Assembly: GCA_036675475.1 (NCBI GenBank)
Contig: JAKFEY010000027.1
Span: forward strand, 47,012-111,011
DNA length: 64,000 nt
Direction of reading: 5' to 3'
DNA from: Vicinamibacterales bacterium
GTDB taxonomy: Bacteria > Acidobacteriota > Vicinamibacteria > Vicinamibacterales > SCN-69-37
Of this stretch, positions 60,730 through 64,000 are shown piece after piece. Every line of letters starts with the position of its first letter. Within the stretch, counting starts at the first letter, position 1. The position numbers were made by a program, and so were the translations under genes. The notes beneath the pieces were generated by a model, which was given only the letters and a program-made list of their open reading frames with translations, was not told the DNA's origin and made no database searches.

Positions 60730-62100
60730 CTATTTGTGCCGCGTCCCGCGTTTCACGACGAGGTCGACGTCCTGGAGCAGCGCGATGTACCTCAACACGT
60801 CGCCTTTGACCGCAATGATGTCGGCGTACTTCCCTGGCGTGATGGTGCCCACCTCGCTGTCGACCTTCATCGCCACCGAAGGCCAATACGTGGCGCCGCG
60901 AATGGCGGTCATCGGATCGACGCCGAGGATGTTCACCCACGCGTCGAGCTCGCGCCACGTCGACGAGCTGTGGAACTTCATGGGAATGCCGCTGTCGGTG
61001 CCGACCAGCATCACGACGCCGGCGTCGCGCAGCTGCTGAAACTTTCGCGCGAGCGTGGGCCGGCGAATCGGCGTCAGCTGGAAATAGGGCAGGCGATCGG
61101 GATGCGCGATCGACTGCTTGATGTCACGGATGATCTCCGGCGTGAGGCCCACGTGCCAGTCGTCGGTGTCGAGCTGCTCGGGGTTGTCGCGCAGGTACTC
61201 GTAATTCAGGAGGCCTTCGATGGTCGGCGTCCAGAACAGTGGGCCGCGGCTCATGTTCGCGGTGCGCTCGCGGAGCGCCGCCACGACGTCGGCGGGATAT
61301 TCGGGTGAGCTCGAGAGGCCCGTGTGCTCGAAGTTGTCGACGCCCGCCTCGAGGCCAATCCGGATCTCCTCGGGCCGGTGCGAGTGCCCCACGACCATCA
61401 GCCCGCGCGCGTGCGCCTCGTCGACCACCGCGCGCACCTCGTCGCGCGTCATCTGATCCTGGTCGATCAGCTTGATGCAGTTGACGCCGGCATCCGCGAG
61501 CCGCTTCACTTTCGCGCGGGCATCGGCGGCGCCGGTGACGCCCCAGCGGAACAGCTCGGTGCCGGGATACGGCGCGTGCTGAATGAACGGGCCCGACACG
61601 TACAGCGTCGGCCCGGGAATCGTGCCGGCGTTGATCTTGTTGCGGACGTTGATGCTGGCCTCGAGCGGGCCGCCAAGATCGCGCGCGCTTGTGACGCCCG
61701 CCATCAGCAACTGCTTCGCGCCCGCCGGCATGATCACCGGCTCGAACTGCGCCGGGTACGTCTTGTCCCAGTGCGTGTAGTCCGCATGCCCGTTGATCAT
61801 CAGGTGCACGTGCATGTCCCACAGGCCGGGAAGCACGCTCATGCCTTCGGTGGAGATCACCTCGGCGCCGGCGGGCACCTGCAGCTGCCCCACCTGCCCG
61901 ACAGCCGTGATGCGCTCGCCGTCAATCAGGATGACGCTGTTGCGGATGGGCGGACCGCCAAAGCCGTCGATTAGCGTGCCGCCGACGAGGGCCTTGAGCG
62001 TGGCCGCCGGCCGGCTCTGGCCGGCCTGAATCACCGCGCCCGGTGCGAAGACGATGAGCAAGGCGGCGAGAGAGCCTGCGAAGAATGATGTTCGGCGCAT
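60730..62100 (-). CDS. Amidohydrolase family protein (metal-dependent, secreted)
   Basis: Start MRRTSFFAGSLAALLIVFAPG at 62098-62100 inside track ORF 60730..62229. It has LPGLWDMHVHL (the HxH metal site) and VGTDSG. Confidence 0.8.
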   Translation of the reverse strand: MRRTSFFAGSLAALLIVFAPGAVIQAGQSRPAATLKALVGGTLIDGFGGPPIRNSVILIDGERITAVGQVGQLQVPAGAEVISTEGMSVLPGLWDMHVHLMINGHADYTHWDKTYPAQFEPVIMPAGAKQLLMAGVTSARDLGGPLEASINVRNKINAGTIPGPTLYVSGPFIQHAPYPGTELFRWGVTGAADARAKVKRLADAGVNCIKLIDQDQMTRDEVRAVVDEAHARGLMVVGHSHRPEEIRIGLEAGVDNFEHTGLSSSPEYPADVVAALRERTANMSRGPLFWTPTIEGLLNYEYLRDNPEQLDTDDWHVGLTPEIIRDIKQSIAHPDRLPYFQLTPIRRPTLARKFQQLRDAGVVMLVGTDSGIPMKFHSSSTWRELDAWVNILGVDPMTAIRGATYWPSVAMKVDSEVGTITPGKYADIIAVKGDVLRYIALLQDVDLVVKRGTRHK

Positions 62101-62125
62101 GCCGGATGCTAACACCGCCGTCCGC

Positions 62126-62875
62126 TCAGCGCGCAGGCAGCTCGGTGATTGAAATGTTCCGGAACTGCACGAGGCTCGGCGGACTCGTCCAGACGCCGTC
62201 CTTCTGCGCGCCGTGGTGCTGCAGACCAATCGGGCCCTCGGCAGGAATGCCCGGCAGCTCGGCGTCGCGGATGACGGTCAGACCGTTGAGAACCACCGTC
62301 AGACGCGTGCCGCGCAGCGTGATCTCGAACTGGTTCCACGCGCCGATGTCGCGGTCGGCATTGCGGGACGGCGTCACCGCCGCCCGCACCGCGGCCGGCA
62401 GCGCCTGGTCCATACGGTAGCCGTAGACCTCGCCCGATCCGATCGGCCAGCCCCAGATGTTCACCTGCGCCTTGGTCGAGCCGCGCAGATAGATGCCGGA
62501 GTCGGAATCCGGCACGGGAATCCGGATGTCGCGGCCGCCGGCATCCTTCTTGTGCGTGCCGTCGTGCCGGATGATGAACACGTTCGGATTGACGTACGGC
62601 GTGCTCGTGATGCGCCAGTCCACGCGCAGGACGAAGTCGCGGTAGACGCGATCGGTCCACAGGCTCTTGTCCCCGGGCGCCTCGCTCGCGGCATCGTAGT
62701 CAATGACGCCGTCGATCACCGTCCAGTGGCCGTTGTCGCCCGCCGGCACTTTCCATCCGGCCAGGTCGCGGCCGTTGAAAAGCGAGCGCGCGTTTTGCGC
62801 GCTCTGCGCCGCCGGCGATGCGAGCGCGAGCGCCGCCGCGCCGAGCATCATCACGAATCGAGAGGGGGTGTTCAT
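62126..62875 (-). CDS. DUF1080 (3-keto-disaccharide hydrolase-like) domain protein
   Basis: It has a signal peptide, then LFNGRDLAGWKV...HWTVIDGVIDY...NSGIY-like SGIYLRG...WNQFEITLRGTRLTVVLNG...GPIGLQHHG, the canonical DUF1080 pattern. Confidence 0.8.
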   Translation of the reverse strand: MNTPSRFVMMLGAAALALASPAAQSAQNARSLFNGRDLAGWKVPAGDNGHWTVIDGVIDYDAASEAPGDKSLWTDRVYRDFVLRVDWRITSTPYVNPNVFIIRHDGTHKKDAGGRDIRIPVPDSDSGIYLRGSTKAQVNIWGWPIGSGEVYGYRMDQALPAAVRAAVTPSRNADRDIGAWNQFEITLRGTRLTVVLNGLTVIRDAELPGIPAEGPIGLQHHGAQKDGVWTSPPSLVQFRNISITELPAR

Positions 62876-62899
62876 GGCGGTGCTAGTCTATAGCCCGTC

Positions 62900-64000
62900 A
62901 TGCCGGCTGCGTCTGGAAAGCTTGGCGTGGGAGTGTACGGGATTGGCTGGTGCGCGGCCCAGCACATCGCGGCCTTCCGGAACAATCCCCACGCGCGCGT
63001 GACCTGGCTGTGCGGGCGCGACGAGGCACGCACGCGCGCGAACATCGAGAAATACGCGATTGACGCGCCGGGCGCGCGCCTCACCACCCGCTTTGACGAC
63101 CTCCTCCGCGCCGCCGACGTCGACATCATCGTCATCGCCACGCCGAACCATCTGCACGCCGCGGAAGCCATTGCCGCGGCCAACGCCGGCAAGCACATTG
63201 TGCTCGAGAAACCCACGGGCCTGGACGCGCGGGAGCTGATCGGCATTCGCGATGCCGTGCGGCGATCCGGCGTGCGGACGGTCGTGTCGTTCGAGCTGCG
63301 CTACCATCCGTTCCTGCGGTTCGCGCGATGGATGCGCGAGTCCGGCCGGCTGGGGCGGATCCGGTTCGCGCGCACGCAGTATCTGTCGCGCGTGACGGAT
63401 TGGTACGCCGGGTGGGACTGGGTGCGCACGCGCGAGAGCGGACGCAGCCATCTGCTGGCGGCCGGATGCCATGCCGTCGATGCGCTTCGCTGGTGTGCGG
63501 GGACCGAAGCCGTCGAGGTGTCGGCCTTTCACACACACTTCACCGAAGGGTACGAATGGCCGACGTCCATGGCCGTCAATTTGCGGCTGGAAGGCGGCGC
63601 CATCGGACACGTCACGAGCTCGACGGACTTCATGATGCCGTACGCCTTCGAGGTGGAGCTGATGGGCGATCGCGCGACGCTGCGGCAGGACCTGCTGTTG
63701 TGGAAGGACACGCCGCTCGATCTCGAGGAGATCGCCGCGGCCAATCCCGTCGCCGGCGTGACGCTGGAGCACGCCACGGATATCATCGGCAATCCGGCGA
63801 TCCGCGTGCGCTGTCCGATGCCCGGATCGGCCGACGTCAGCCATCATCCGTTTCAGGCCGAGATCGACGACCTCGTCGCGGCCATCATCGAGGGACGCGA
63901 CAGTTCGATTACGGTGTTCGACGCGCAGAAGACCATGGAAATCTGCCTGGCGGCGGATCGTTCGGCCGAGCGGGGCGGAGCGCCCGTGGCCCTGCCGCTG
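62900..64000 (+). CDS. Gfo/Idh/MocA family oxidoreductase (3' end beyond window)
   Basis: Not in the track because no stop lies in-window. ATG at 62900, then KLGVGVYGIGWCAAQHIAAF...DIIVIATPNHLHAEAA-like ...GKHIVLEKP, open to position 64000. Confidence 0.85.
   Translation, partial: MPAASGKLGVGVYGIGWCAAQHIAAFRNNPHARVTWLCGRDEARTRANIEKYAIDAPGARLTTRFDDLLRAADVDIIVIATPNHLHAAEAIAAANAGKHIVLEKPTGLDARELIGIRDAVRRSGVRTVVSFELRYHPFLRFARWMRESGRLGRIRFARTQYLSRVTDWYAGWDWVRTRESGRSHLLAAGCHAVDALRWCAGTEAVEVSAFHTHFTEGYEWPTSMAVNLRLEGGAIGHVTSSTDFMMPYAFEVELMGDRATLRQDLLLWKDTPLDLEEIAAANPVAGVTLEHATDIIGNPAIRVRCPMPGSADVSHHPFQAEIDDLVAAIIEGRDSSITVFDAQKTMEICLAADRSAERGGAPVALPL

Noticed and set aside
1-64000. Searched by eye for rRNA/tRNA genes, CRISPR repeat arrays, transposase/integrase genes and prophage or defence-system hallmarks
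   Set aside because: I recognised none. Intergenic regions are too short, and no regularly spaced repeats or recombinase motifs were seen. Small ncRNAs cannot be excluded without covariance-model searches.

Overview
This is a very GC-rich bacterial chromosomal segment with no rRNA, tRNA, CRISPR array or mobile element that I could recognise. Gene content suggests Acidobacteriota: a PadR regulator next to an ADOP-type duplicated permease, a VWFA protein, and an Oar-like CarboxypepD_reg TonB-dependent receptor. That taxonomic call is inference. All calls come from reading the six-frame translations and raw DNA by eye, with no searches run, and many start codons were re-picked inside over-extended ORFs.

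Layout of the window:
- 1-410: yebC fragment.
- 433-5946, minus strand: a translationally coupled lasso-peptide (RiPP) operon. It encodes PqqD/B1, the B2 protease, an Asn-synthetase-like cyclase, and a 57-aa precursor absent from the track as such (core GSSGNITEAGGKMRCL). These are followed by a PRMT-fold methyltransferase with a PqqD-like C-terminal tail, an HprK-related kinase and a second SAM methyltransferase.
- 6111-32739: a Wzx/Wzy-type exopolysaccharide locus. It contains a BY-kinase/Wzc, two Wzy_C-type proteins, a flippase, a priming transferase, about nine glycosyltransferases, AsnB, an acetyltransferase, a GGR-family reductase, a Wza-like exporter and an outer-membrane barrel.
- 32751-47944, minus strand: housekeeping and envelope genes. 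These are a fused E1 alpha/beta, hrpB, msrA, a four-PDZ HtrA plus a histidine-free pseudoprotease, a VWFA protein and a TonB-dependent receptor.
- 47967-51027: padR-ADOP with a twin-palindrome operator.
- 51043-64000: S9 peptidase, PagL-like deacylase, three GT-C-like membrane proteins, and a GMC oxidoreductase with a TAT small subunit. The window ends with an amidohydrolase, a DUF1080 protein and a Gfo/Idh/MocA oxidoreductase.

The best candidate for something undescribed is the lasso operon. It carries a leader-guided PRMT-like enzyme, and a kinase whose known target, a C-terminal Ser, is absent from the core.
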